A stretch of 37,159 nucleotides of DNA, taken from assembly GCA_024860865.1 (NCBI GenBank), contig JACRDV010000029.1, positions 1 through 37,159 on the forward strand. The letters run 5' to 3'. This document shows, one piece after another, positions 24,499 through 34,447 of the stretch. Within the stretch, counting starts at the first letter, position 1, and every line of letters begins with the position of its first letter. Position numbers and translations under genes: made by a program. Origin of the DNA: Methanobacteriota archaeon. GTDB lineage: Archaea > JACRDV01. Under the pieces are notes generated by a model. The model had not been told where the DNA came from, ran no database searches, and saw only the letters and a list, made by a program, of their open reading frames with translations.

Positions 24499-24734
24499 CT
24501 GACTTTTTTAGCTTCTATTATTTGCTTCAAGATTATCGGTCGATCAACATTACAAAAATAAACTAAACCATCAATAGCTGTTAGATAGAGATGCTTTTTT
24601 CTTAGAATACCTACCAGAGAGTGAACTACTATACAATTTTCTCTCAAACTGATTAATTTTTGAAATTCCTCAGATGACAATTCAATTCTCGTTGTAACAA
24701 CAGGCGCAGACGTAACAGCTCGCACATTGGTCAC
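24489..24734 (-). CDS. 81-aa protein of unknown function, translationally coupled between aroC and shikimate kinase
   Basis: Its ATG overlaps the aroC TGA (ATGA at 24731-24734). Its 3' end overlaps the kinase start by 10 nt. No motif recognised. Confidence 0.6.
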   Translation of the reverse strand: MTNVRAVTSAPVVTTRIELSSEEFQKLISLRENCIVVHSLVGILRKKHLYLTAIDGLVYFCNVDRPIILKQIIEAKKVRWI

Positions 24735-25852
24735 TTTAATGATGAACTTTCCTCAAATTTTGTCAAGTGGACATAACCAGCTCTCATCATATGGTCAACT
24801 AGAACTAATGCCAACATGGCCTCTGCAACAGGTACCACTCGGGGACATATCGATGGATCATGTTTTCCTTTAACTTCAATCTTAGCCTCTTTCATTGTTT
24901 TAAGGTTAATTGTGGTTTGAGGTAGTGCGATGGAAGAAGTCGGTTTAACTACTAATCTGGCAATTATTGGCATTCCGTTTGAGATCCCACCAAGAATGCC
25001 GCCAGCATTATTAGTTGTCGTTATAATTTTGCCAGTTTTAGGATCGATTGCAAATTGATCGTTAGCCTCAGAACCTCTCATTTTCGCTAATCTAAAGCCT
25101 GCTCCAATCTCAACTCCTTTGACTGCTCCAATGCTCATTAAAGCCTTTGCAATATCTGCATCGAGTTTATCGAATACAGGGTCCCCTAATCCTGCTGGGC
25201 AATTTAAAGCAATAACTTCAACAATTCCACCTACACTGTCTCCTTCTTCCTTTGCTCTTTTTATTTTTTGAACCATTTTTTCAGCAACATTTGAATCTGC
25301 GCATCGAATTGGATTTTTATCAGCGTTTCGAATTGCGTCGAAAGTCACTTTTTCGGGATCAATCCCAATTCCTGCAACTTCAATAACATGCCCAAGAATA
25401 TCAATTCCAAATTTTTTCAGTATTTTCTTTGCAATTGCACCTGCTGCAACTCTGGCAACTGTTTCTCTACCACTTGCCCTCCCTCCGCCTCTGTAATCAA
25501 CATGACCATACTTTAACCAATAAGTTAAGTCAGCATGCCCTGGTCTTGGCAAATCTTTAATTATTTCGTAAGGTTCATCTTCAAAGGCTATGTTTCGAAC
25601 AATCATTGTAATTGGAGTCCCTGTTGTCTTTCCGTTAAATACTCCAGATAAAATCTCAACTTTATCAAGCTCTGCTCGCGGACTAACTATTTCACTTACT
25701 CCGGGTCGCCTTCGGTTGAGTTCTTTTTGAACATCACTTTCTGAAAGCTCTAGTCCAGCCGGAACTCCATCAATTATAACACCGACCGCCACGTTATGTG
25801 ATTCGCCAAAAGTTGTTACTCGAAAAATTTGGCCAAACGAGTTTCCTGGCAT
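24731..25852 (-). CDS. aroC: chorismate synthase
   Basis: [31 protein letters not shown]-like [12 protein letters not shown]. Confidence 0.93.
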   Translation of the reverse strand: MPGNSFGQIFRVTTFGESHNVAVGVIIDGVPAGLELSESDVQKELNRRRPGVSEIVSPRAELDKVEILSGVFNGKTTGTPITMIVRNIAFEDEPYEIIKDLPRPGHADLTYWLKYGHVDYRGGGRASGRETVARVAAGAIAKKILKKFGIDILGHVIEVAGIGIDPEKVTFDAIRNADKNPIRCADSNVAEKMVQKIKRAKEEGDSVGGIVEVIALNCPAGLGDPVFDKLDADIAKALMSIGAVKGVEIGAGFRLAKMRGSEANDQFAIDPKTGKIITTTNNAGGILGGISNGMPIIARLVVKPTSSIALPQTTINLKTMKEAKIEVKGKHDPSICPRVVPVAEAMLALVLVDHMMRAGYVHLTKFEESSSLK

Positions 25853-25998
25853 ATTTTCACCTGTAGAACTTTTTTAGTATCTCGTTCAAAAAGGCACTTC
25901 CTAAGGATAAATATCTTATGAAATTTGCTCTATAAAATATCTCACTATGGAAATATCTTTTTTGGGAAACGAGGATTTAAAAACGAGTGCTAGTAAAC

Positions 25999-26364
25999 TT
26001 ATCTTTCTTTTTTAATTTTATTTAATAATTCTTGTTTCAATACTGTTCTTTTTATTTGAAAAATAACAGTTCCACCACCTGTAAATTCCTTGCCTGGATC
26101 TAGACATTGGAGATATCCGATATCCCCTTCTTTGCAAAGACCTACTTCTTTTGGTTCTATTCCTCTACTCAATGGTACTAACATAGAGAGCATGGATCCA
26201 AATGCGTGAATGCAAAACGCATCGGTTTCTTTTAATATTAGCTTTGGTTCTTCAATTGTAATTTTATCTCCTTCTTTAAATACTGGACAATTTCCACGGA
26301 TTTCTTTTACTTTAATTTCAAGACGGTATAATTTAAATGAGTTAAGTTTACTTTTATCAGACAA
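25999..26364 (-). CDS. TIGR04076-like small Cys-containing protein
   Basis: GNCPVFKEGDKI......FCIHAFGSMLSMLVPLSRG pattern recalled for TIGR04076. Confidence 0.6.
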   Translation of the reverse strand: MSDKSKLNSFKLYRLEIKVKEIRGNCPVFKEGDKITIEEPKLILKETDAFCIHAFGSMLSMLVPLSRGIEPKEVGLCKEGDIGYLQCLDPGKEFTGGGTVIFQIKRTVLKQELLNKIKKER

Positions 26365-26508
26365 AGGATATTCCCATTCGCTATTTAATCTTAAACTATT
26401 AAAATCTTTATTGAATTCTAACCCATGTGCATTGAAACTAAAGAGCTACTTTAAAGGTTTTTCAAACTTTGAAATGAACAAATAAAGAAAAATATTCGAG
26501 TATCTTCC

Positions 26509-28875
26509 TTATGCTCTTCCCATTTTTTGTATTTCTTTTATTCTCCGTATGACTACTTCAATGAAAAATAGTGTTAAAGCCGTTAATAAAAATGGCAAAC
26601 GCATATCAATTTTTTCTGCTACTATATGTCTTGTTTTTGCTTTTGCTTGTTGCGCTATATCCTCGAATGATTCTGGATTGAGCTCATATACCTTTCCACC
26701 AGTTATTTTAACAATTTTAAACAAATTCTCATTAAACCCAAGACTTATAAATTCTGCTGGATAGTTGGCGGCAACTACGTCATCATACCCATCTGCGCTA
26801 ATATCATAAAATCCCACTATTTCGGGCTTGAATGTAGCACGATATTTGTTTACATCAATTTTTGAAGTTTTCAATTGCCTTCCTTCTGCACTAATGCCAA
26901 GAGGTTTTGAAGAAGTTGCAATAACTTGGAGCACATCGCCTAAGCTTACATCTTGGGCATCGATTTTTATGGCCTTTGTTTTCTCAGGATCTCCTACGAC
27001 CCAGTTTGTTATTGTGGATATCAACTTCGCACTTTTGTCTACATAGAGCTGCGAAGACCATTTTGTACCATCATCAGTTGTAAGAGAAACCACCCTCCCT
27101 AAACCAAATCTCCATGCTGTTACAATAGGTTTTCCAGTTAGAGTCGCAACTAAGAGCTGAGCGCCAGCCTTTGGTGTTACATCATTATAACCATAAACGG
27201 AGGCACTCAATTCCAGATTTTGGGTAATAAAATGATTTTTATCAACCACCACTGCAGCATAAACATTCTGAGGAGTTACTCCCCTTCCAAAAACAAACTT
27301 TAAACGCTCGTTTTCTTCCATTTTAAAATACATACCATTTCCAACTTTAGCTAAATCTTCCAAAAAGGCTTCATTAGTATCATATCCAACCCCTACTGTG
27401 TAGGTCTTTATTCCACGAGTGGCCATACTTTTTGCTTTTGAGAGAGAAAGGTCCTCAAATTCGGTATTACCATCCGATACTATCGCAACATTTTTACTGC
27501 CCTCGAATCTTCCAATCATATCATCAGCAGCAGCTTGAGCAGGATATGTAACTGTTCCACCTCCAAATTGTAACCTAGCTACTCTATCCTCTAAGGCGTG
27601 CTTGTCAGAATATGCTGCGAATGGAATTACAACATAGGGATCAGTATTAAAAGCAATGACTCCGAGGGAATCCTGAGGCAATAAGCTCCTCATTAAACCC
27701 ACGGCAATAGCTTTCTCAACATCTGCTTTAGTATAATTGCCAAAAACTGATCCTGTACTTCCAGATATATCAATAACTATTACTACGGCAATACCCTCTT
27801 CACCAGAGAATGGAACTGACTTGACAGGCAAAAGAGTCTCAAGAAGTGAATCTCTATAGCTTCCTTTCTCAAATGCATGGGTACCACCCACTGCAACTAG
27901 GCCGTTGCCCTTGCCAACATAATTCTTCAGTGATTCTACATCGCCTTTTGATGTCTTATTTACACTCACATCATTTAAAAAAACTACGTCATAGTTTTCA
28001 ATGTTTTCTAAATTTTTTGAAAATCTGAAATCATAGATGCTGTCCAAAATCTTAGCTAATGGTGAAGCTGATGAATCTGAAACGAACAATATTTTAGGCT
28101 TTGGAACAACATATATCGATTTGAAGAATACATTATTTACTGCAAACTGATCAAAAGTAGTTGGGAATATTTCAGCTTTAATCTCATGAATGCCTTCTGT
28201 GTTGAAAATATGTTTGAGAGGGATAACTACCTTCTTTTCCTTTTGCTGGATATTTTCAGAAATAACAACTTTATCATCAACAGTCACTTCAAGCTTGTAT
28301 GATGATTCATTACCTACATGCTCTAATATTATATTATATATGGCTTCAGATCTTAACAAAACTTTTTTGTTACCTTCTATCTTCACTCCAACATCGCTTT
28401 TTTCCGGGATTAGATGAATTGCATGAATAGTTACGTTCATTTTCGCTGCGAATGTCGCAACATCTGTTAGATCTCTTCCATAGTTGTTATTTCCATCACT
28501 GAAAAGTATAATGTTTTCACCTTTACTAGCTTCACTAAATATTGCATCACCCAAGGCAGTTTTATTCCCTTGTGATACATACTTTAATTTAACATCTCCA
28601 GGTTTTACTTTATTTAATGTTCCCATTGCTCTGCCATAAAGCTCCATACTGGTCGAATTATCGACCAAAAGAGTTATGTGAGCTTCACCTTCTTTAACAT
28701 CTTCTTTTACCATAAAAGGAGAGGCAAGAGCTGCCACCATGAGAGAGGCAATTACAAATCTATTTCCAATTAACATTATATTGCTTTTTGTTATCTCGCT
28801 TTTTCTAATAGTATAGTAAAACAAGAATGCTATTGGAATAATTAAAGCCAAGAAATATAGATGCTCAAAGTTCAA
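26509..28875 (-). CDS. membrane-anchored double-vWA protein (Bat-like operon, distal gene)
   Basis: N- and C-terminal TM helices. Two MIDAS-type DxSxS motifs (LLVDNSTSM; VIDISGSTGS). Confidence 0.85.
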   Translation of the reverse strand: MNFEHLYFLALIIPIAFLFYYTIRKSEITKSNIMLIGNRFVIASLMVAALASPFMVKEDVKEGEAHITLLVDNSTSMELYGRAMGTLNKVKPGDVKLKYVSQGNKTALGDAIFSEASKGENIILFSDGNNNYGRDLTDVATFAAKMNVTIHAIHLIPEKSDVGVKIEGNKKVLLRSEAIYNIILEHVGNESSYKLEVTVDDKVVISENIQQKEKKVVIPLKHIFNTEGIHEIKAEIFPTTFDQFAVNNVFFKSIYVVPKPKILFVSDSSASPLAKILDSIYDFRFSKNLENIENYDVVFLNDVSVNKTSKGDVESLKNYVGKGNGLVAVGGTHAFEKGSYRDSLLETLLPVKSVPFSGEEGIAVVIVIDISGSTGSVFGNYTKADVEKAIAVGLMRSLLPQDSLGVIAFNTDPYVVIPFAAYSDKHALEDRVARLQFGGGTVTYPAQAAADDMIGRFEGSKNVAIVSDGNTEFEDLSLSKAKSMATRGIKTYTVGVGYDTNEAFLEDLAKVGNGMYFKMEENERLKFVFGRGVTPQNVYAAVVVDKNHFITQNLELSASVYGYNDVTPKAGAQLLVATLTGKPIVTAWRFGLGRVVSLTTDDGTKWSSQLYVDKSAKLISTITNWVVGDPEKTKAIKIDAQDVSLGDVLQVIATSSKPLGISAEGRQLKTSKIDVNKYRATFKPEIVGFYDISADGYDDVVAANYPAEFISLGFNENLFKIVKITGGKVYELNPESFEDIAQQAKAKTRHIVAEKIDMRLPFLLTALTLFFIEVVIRRIKEIQKMGRA

Positions 28876-30717
28876 TTATAATTCGCCTCTCTTTTTGAGA
28901 TATAATAATTCCGAAAATACCAACACTAACGCCAATGGGAGTAAATAATAATTAAAATCTTTTTTCGCATCTCTGGTTATCCGTGCAATATGCGAGCTAA
29001 TATTTCGAGCAGTTGAGATGGAAGTGTAAGAGATATCTGATTCTTTCTCATCAATGAGATTTGATGCAATTTTTGTCTCTTTAATTTCGTATATCCCAAC
29101 TTCATCTAAAAACAATTTTTCTGTTTTTAAGGCTGTTGAAGGTGTTTTTACATTTGTTTCTTTTTGCAGCGGCAATAAATCGCCAGTCTTAAGGTTATAT
29201 ACCTTTACTGCATCGCTCTCTCTCATTCCTTCAATTAATTTTAGCCAAAAGATTGGAAAAGAAGGTTTCAAGTGAAAATCACTCCACGTATCTTCAGGAC
29301 GAACTCCAATGTAGGCTACTGTACCTTTACCGAGGCTCCAATATGCTATAAGAGGCGTATTATCATTTTGTGCCGTTGCTAGCACAATAGAACCATTTTT
29401 TCTGCTCGCAAATAAGTACTTTGTAGAAATGCCTTCGAAATATATGTCCTTTGTGATCTCATTTATTGTTTCAATCTTAACCTTAGTTTTCCCAAAACTC
29501 TCATTGATTTTAACTGGTAACGCAGAGCGCAAATCATCAAAGGTTCTTAGATAGTCTGAAGCAATAACAATTAGGCTTCCACCGTTTTCAACATATTTTA
29601 TAAGATTACTAAGAGTACCAGGTAACAAAGAGTCCTTCTTAAATTTATCCAATATTACCACATCATAAGAATCGAAAGCAGGTACTACTGGAGGAATTGC
29701 TTCGCTAAACTCAACGCTTCCAGATGCTAACAAAGCAAGTTTCAAATAAGAAGTAAAAGTTTTGTTCTCAGTAATGATGAGTGTCTTATACTTTTTAGGC
29801 GTTGGAATTACAATAAGAGCTTTATTATCCACAGAAAAATCATCATCTGGCTCGAGATTTATTGCTGTAATTCCAGGAGAAAGATTGCGTAAAATAAAAA
29901 GTTCATCTGAAAGTGGCTGAACAATTCTCTGCTCAGATGATATTGTTCTATCACGTGATGACTTAAGTGTAATTGTCTCCTTTCTGTTCATGTAATTCTT
30001 TACTGTAATTAAATAGCCTTCCTTCATGGGTTTTAAATCCACTATTCCAATGTTTTTTCCTTCGCCACCTACATTCACTAAGTCTACTCTGATATCCTCT
30101 GCCTTTGCAAGTTTTTCAGCTAGCAACGGATCAGTTGCTGAATTAGAAAAATCAGAAAAAACTATGATCCTTTTGCTTTGTCCAGAAAGAAGGTCTTTAG
30201 CTAATATAATTGCATCTCCGAGGTTAGTGGTAGTAGCTCCAGGTTTTACCTCATCTAAAACATTCTTGGCATCTTTGCCACTTCCTTCCCTTAAAGCAAC
30301 AATTGGAATGTTTTCAGCTAGAATAACGCTCACTTTATCCTTATCTGAGACAACATTCTTAGCAAGTTCTACTGCTTTATTGAATCTGCTTGGAATCGTA
30401 TCCGTAGATTGCATGCTTGCAGATGCATCTAATATTAGAACAATATTTTCAGACTCTAAAGTTTCTGTAGTGAAATAAAATGGATTAATCATAGCTACAG
30501 CGAGTAACGATAAAACAAAAAGCTGAATCAAAAGTAAAGGATCTTTAACAAACCTTCTTAACAAGGAACTAATTTTATCTTGTTTTTTTTGGATTTCTAG
30601 AATGAACATGAGAGAGGGTATCTTAACATCCTTAGGTTTTGGTTTAATCAAATAAAGTATTATAATGGGAATTAAAGCTGCAAAGGCCCATGTTGCAAGC
30701 GGATTTGTGATTTCCAA
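28876..30717 (-). CDS. BatA-like protein: N-terminal double-TM aerotolerance-regulator domain plus vWA
   Basis: NPLATWAFAALIPIIILYLIKPKPKDVKIPSLMFI (TIGR02226-like), MIDAS LILDASASM, C-terminal TM. Confidence 0.85.
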   Translation of the reverse strand: MEITNPLATWAFAALIPIIILYLIKPKPKDVKIPSLMFILEIQKKQDKISSLLRRFVKDPLLLIQLFVLSLLAVAMINPFYFTTETLESENIVLILDASASMQSTDTIPSRFNKAVELAKNVVSDKDKVSVILAENIPIVALREGSGKDAKNVLDEVKPGATTTNLGDAIILAKDLLSGQSKRIIVFSDFSNSATDPLLAEKLAKAEDIRVDLVNVGGEGKNIGIVDLKPMKEGYLITVKNYMNRKETITLKSSRDRTISSEQRIVQPLSDELFILRNLSPGITAINLEPDDDFSVDNKALIVIPTPKKYKTLIITENKTFTSYLKLALLASGSVEFSEAIPPVVPAFDSYDVVILDKFKKDSLLPGTLSNLIKYVENGGSLIVIASDYLRTFDDLRSALPVKINESFGKTKVKIETINEITKDIYFEGISTKYLFASRKNGSIVLATAQNDNTPLIAYWSLGKGTVAYIGVRPEDTWSDFHLKPSFPIFWLKLIEGMRESDAVKVYNLKTGDLLPLQKETNVKTPSTALKTEKLFLDEVGIYEIKETKIASNLIDEKESDISYTSISTARNISSHIARITRDAKKDFNYYLLPLALVLVFSELLYLKKRGEL

Positions 30718-30762
30718 TTTTTATCACTAAGGAATGTCCCTTTTTAATAATAGTAGTTGTCT

Positions 30763-31653
30763 TTAGGAGTGCTCAATTATCTCTAAAAACGCATCAAAAA
30801 TAGGAGTATCTGATGTTATAGAATAGAAGTCAGCTCCTACATCATCGCAAACTTTTTTTATTGCGCCAGCATGCTCATCTAGTATTTTTTTATAATTAGC
30901 TTTAAAAGCAGGGCTAATATAAGTACGTCTCATTTCAGAAGTTTCGGAATCGTATAACTTTGTATCACCTTCTACTCCTTCTAAGTTTTTTTCTTTAGGA
31001 TCTAAAACTTGGATTAACACTAAATCATGGGATCCTCTCGCGATCTTGTATATGCCAGTATCTAGAGAAGACAAAGGCTCTAAAAAGTCTGAAATTATTA
31101 TTACAAGAGACCTTGATCTAATTATCTTGCTATATTGATCTGCGCACACATTTAACCTTGTTTTTCCCTCAAGAGATGTGCTATTTAACAGCTCCACCGC
31201 ATCTAAAAAGTGTCTTTTACCTCTTCTTGGTTGCATTATGTCCTTTAACTCATCTGAGTATGTTGAGAGCGCAAACCTTTCATTTTCATTAGTCACTAAG
31301 TATGCAAACCCAGCACCGATCATAGCGGCATAATCAAATTTTTTTATCTCTCCAAACTCCATGCTTTTGCTGCAATCAACTAAAATATGGGTTGTGAGAT
31401 TCTTCTCTTCTTCAAATCTGCGAATGTATAACTTCTCTGTTCTGGAATAAACCTTCCAAGCTATTGATTTTATATCATCTCCAGGAAAATATTCTCTATA
31501 ATCGACAGTATCGATGCCTTTTCCTTCCTTTATAGATACTCTTGCGCCAGCGTATATGCTTATTACTCTTTTTTTGACCATAAAACTGAAGCGATCTAAC
31601 TCCTTACAGAAATCTATGTCTATCAATTTATCACAATTTTTGAATGATTTCAT
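30763..31653 (-). CDS. DUF58 protein (vWA-like, MoxR partner)
   Basis: YREYFPGDDIKSIAWKVYSRTEKLYIRRFEEE is the DUF58 signature. Overlaps the MoxR 3' end by 23 nt. Confidence 0.88.
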   Translation of the reverse strand: MKSFKNCDKLIDIDFCKELDRFSFMVKKRVISIYAGARVSIKEGKGIDTVDYREYFPGDDIKSIAWKVYSRTEKLYIRRFEEEKNLTTHILVDCSKSMEFGEIKKFDYAAMIGAGFAYLVTNENERFALSTYSDELKDIMQPRRGKRHFLDAVELLNSTSLEGKTRLNVCADQYSKIIRSRSLVIIISDFLEPLSSLDTGIYKIARGSHDLVLIQVLDPKEKNLEGVEGDTKLYDSETSEMRRTYISPAFKANYKKILDEHAGAIKKVCDDVGADFYSITSDTPIFDAFLEIIEHS

Positions 31654-34447
31654 TTACGACAGCATCTTGAGTGATGCCTTTTCTCTCCGCATCAAAAGTT
31701 AAAATTATTCTATGCCTTAGAATAGGATATGCCATAGCATTGATGTCCTCTTTGCTCACAAAATTTTTCCCTCGTATTAGTGCTCTAGCCTTTGAAGTTA
31801 ACACTAGTCCAATCGAAGCTCGTGGTGAAGCGCCATACTCTATTTTAGTAGCAAAATCTTTAGACCTAGTTGAAGTAACGATGTCTAATGCATGCTTTTT
31901 TATATCTTCAGCTATTGGCATCTGGCGCGTTAAGCGTTGGAGTGATAGTAATGTTTCTTTATCTATGATCTTCTGTATCGCTGGCGCAGAATGGCTGGCA
32001 TACATCTCAACGATTTTATCTTCTTCCTCTTCAGTGGGATAATCAACAAGCACTTTTAACAAAAAGCGATCTAATTGGGCTTCTGGTAATGGATAAGTGT
32101 TATGATTTATACCACAAGCGCCGAAACCAGCTAAGTAATTCTGCAATCCGGGCACAACAAGTCCAAAAACAAGCCCAGAGTAGGGCTTATACTCTATCTT
32201 ATGCACTTTGTCGTAATATATGTCTTCAGTAAGAAGCCCTTGTAAGTAAGCTAATATTTTCTCCGCTTTACTAAGCCTTTGTTTGAATTTTTCTTTAATA
32301 AAATTTTTAAGCTCTATATGACTTGTGCCATTTGTATATAGCTGCCACACAGTGTGTTTAGAAAAATTAGCTTCTCTAGAAATTTCAGTAATTGACAGCC
32401 CACAAAGAATCGCTAATCTATGCGGATCAGTTTGAGCAAGAGTTTCAACATCTAATGTTCTTCTAAAATCAATCTCTTTTCTGAGATCTTCCAACATTAC
32501 CTTATAAAAATATTCAGATATCCTTTCTCTACCTTCTTTAATTGAATTATAACTGCCATACCAAGTTCTTGAAAGGAATTTCTTAGTTCCATATGAGCGG
32601 AAATTTATTAATCCAAGGAGTTTAACTAGTTCAAGTACAAGTTGCCTTGGAATAGGTACAGCTCTAAAGTTAGAATACCTGCTTGACTGTTTACTTAAAT
32701 CAATTTTAAACTGTTCTATCCAACCAATTTTTTTGAGAAATGCATAATAGTCTCGACCCTGAATTTTTAATCTAAAAATCCTTTTTTGATCTTTTATCCA
32801 TGTTAAAATTCCTTCTTTAATAAGCATATGGATTATTACATTAACACTATCTTTATTGACTTGAGAAAAAGTAATTCGATTATCTCTATTGCTAGATTCT
32901 AAAGAAATAAATGTTCGTAAAAATTCTCTTCTTAGATTTGCAGGCAGAGAAAGCATCCATGGTGGAATACCTTTTCCCGGAGCAGTATCAAATCTCAATT
33001 TAAGGTATTCTACCAGCGGTTTGGACCTAATTATAACGGTCCTGCCATCAGGCTCAGATATAACTTCACTAATGTTAATGCCTAACTTGTTAACAGTTAA
33101 TTCAATAAATCTATCTAAAGCTTTGGGATAATTTTTCTGATATGCTGCAACATAATTCTCTGAAATACTGCCGTCTGAGAGCAAGAATGCTATCCAGAAA
33201 ATAAAATCTTCATCAACGTTAAATCTCTTCATTCTAGTGATTTTATAACTTTCAATAAAGTCATATTCGCATTTTGGATGATTTTCTTTAAAGTAGTTTG
33301 TAAGCAAACAATTAATTCGCTCATTTTTTCCGCCTCTTAAGAATTTTATTAACTTCCAATATTCTGATCGCTCTAGTCCTAATTTCTTTAAGAGTTCAAT
33401 TTTGCTAAAACCTAAAGCTATTCTGAGCTTATCAAAGTCAACACCAGTCAAATTGTAAAAATTTGTAAAATTTTTTGTTTTATCTCTTAATTCTTTTATA
33501 TCCTCTAATTTAACAACTATAAACTTTGTGCATAACCTGTTAAGTGCCTCTTCATGATCCATTAACTCAAATTTTTCATCGCCATCGGGAAGCTTTGCAG
33601 GGCATACTAGATAGTCATTGAGAGTGAGTTCTTCTGCTTTTTTCCAAATTATTCGCCCAAAACGGTTCACTAAGAACGGGTGATTTTTAGTAACGGCAAT
33701 AGTTCTACCGGTTCTTGTTGTTACATAAACAATTTCATCATGGTATGGAAGTGTATAGAGCATACAATCTTGTTTTTCTAGGAGGCCGTTTTGATTCAGT
33801 GTAAAGGTCCAAAGCTCTGGGAGATGATAAAGAACCATTTCTCCATTCTTTACTTGAAGTGCCTTTTTGGCTTTAATTAAAAGCTGTGAACCATTTGCTA
33901 TACTGCCATTAACAAAAACCGGTTGTTCCAAAGCTAAACTTCCTTCCATCTCAATCGGATTTTGCGTCGCAAGCACGAAAAATGGTCTGTCAAGTTGATA
34001 CGTTTCATTTCCTGCTGTAACTTGTTTTTCTTGCATTGCTTCAAGCAGAGCACTTTGAGCTTTGGGCGTAGCTCTGTTGATTTCATCTGCTAATACAATA
34101 TTTGCAAAAACTGGCCCCCTCTCAAACCTAAACACTTTTTTACCGCTCTGCTCTTCTATCACATAAGTGCCGGTTATATCAGAGGGCATTATGTCAGGAG
34201 TACACTGGATTCTGCTGAATTTTAAATCCATTATCTTGGCTAGTGTGCTGATCATCAGAGTTTTTCCTAAACCTGGGTAGCCTTCTAATAATGCATGGCC
34301 ATCGCAAAGCAAAGCTATTATTAAGTGTTCTATAGTATTTTTCTGCCCAATAATGCCCTTTCCTATTTCATTAAATACTGTCTCAAATGTTCCACCAATT
34401 GTTTTGTATACTTTCTCATCCAAAACCTCAGTACCCTCAGTACCCAT
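31631..34447 (-). CDS. MoxR-family AAA+ ATPase interrupted by a large intein (exteins 169 + 155 aa)
   Basis: Walker A GYPGLGKT, Walker B LADEINRA. ATQNPIEMEG / TYPLPEAQLDRF would be contiguous in ordinary MoxR proteins. Confidence 0.92.
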   Translation of the reverse strand: MGTEGTEVLDEKVYKTIGGTFETVFNEIGKGIIGQKNTIEHLIIALLCDGHALLEGYPGLGKTLMISTLAKIMDLKFSRIQCTPDIMPSDITGTYVIEEQSGKKVFRFERGPVFANIVLADEINRATPKAQSALLEAMQEKQVTAGNETYQLDRPFFVLATQNPIEMEGSLALEQPVFVNGSIANGSQLLIKAKKALQVKNGEMVLYHLPELWTFTLNQNGLLEKQDCMLYTLPYHDEIVYVTTRTGRTIAVTKNHPFLVNRFGRIIWKKAEELTLNDYLVCPAKLPDGDEKFELMDHEEALNRLCTKFIVVKLEDIKELRDKTKNFTNFYNLTGVDFDKLRIALGFSKIELLKKLGLERSEYWKLIKFLRGGKNERINCLLTNYFKENHPKCEYDFIESYKITRMKRFNVDEDFIFWIAFLLSDGSISENYVAAYQKNYPKALDRFIELTVNKLGINISEVISEPDGRTVIIRSKPLVEYLKLRFDTAPGKGIPPWMLSLPANLRREFLRTFISLESSNRDNRITFSQVNKDSVNVIIHMLIKEGILTWIKDQKRIFRLKIQGRDYYAFLKKIGWIEQFKIDLSKQSSRYSNFRAVPIPRQLVLELVKLLGLINFRSYGTKKFLSRTWYGSYNSIKEGRERISEYFYKVMLEDLRKEIDFRRTLDVETLAQTDPHRLAILCGLSITEISREANFSKHTVWQLYTNGTSHIELKNFIKEKFKQRLSKAEKILAYLQGLLTEDIYYDKVHKIEYKPYSGLVFGLVVPGLQNYLAGFGACGINHNTYPLPEAQLDRFLLKVLVDYPTEEEEDKIVEMYASHSAPAIQKIIDKETLLSLQRLTRQMPIAEDIKKHALDIVTSTRSKDFATKIEYGASPRASIGLVLTSKARALIRGKNFVSKEDINAMAYPILRHRIILTFDAERKGITQDAVVNEIIQKL
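32099..33940 (-). mobile_element. 614-aa LAGLIDADG-type intein inserted in MoxR (Ser1 ... His-Asn / Thr+1)
   Basis: Starts SLALEQPVFV (block A) and has TKNHPFLV (block B). LAGLIDADG motifs FIFWIAFLLSDGSI and EFLRTFISLESS. Ends VFGLVVPGLQNYLAGFGACGINHN, then T+1. GC is visibly lower than in the exteins. Confidence 0.85.

Noticed and set aside
26574-26586. TTAAAGCCGTTAA, a 12/13 match to the operator palindrome
   Set aside because: It lies inside the 3' end of the double-vWA CDS (encodes LTALT on the minus strand). It has no partner site 43 bp away and no TATA, and one arm is broken. Probably chance.
30026-30478. 150-aa plus-strand ORF, and similar long antisense ORFs at 31671-32042, 34325-34693, 34712-35026, 17989-18324, 22636-22956, 21732-22070
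   Set aside because: Each is fully embedded antisense in a CDS with strong domain signatures (vWA, MoxR, aroE, pheA, TA toxin). They have Ser/Leu/Phe-rich low-complexity translations and no start context.
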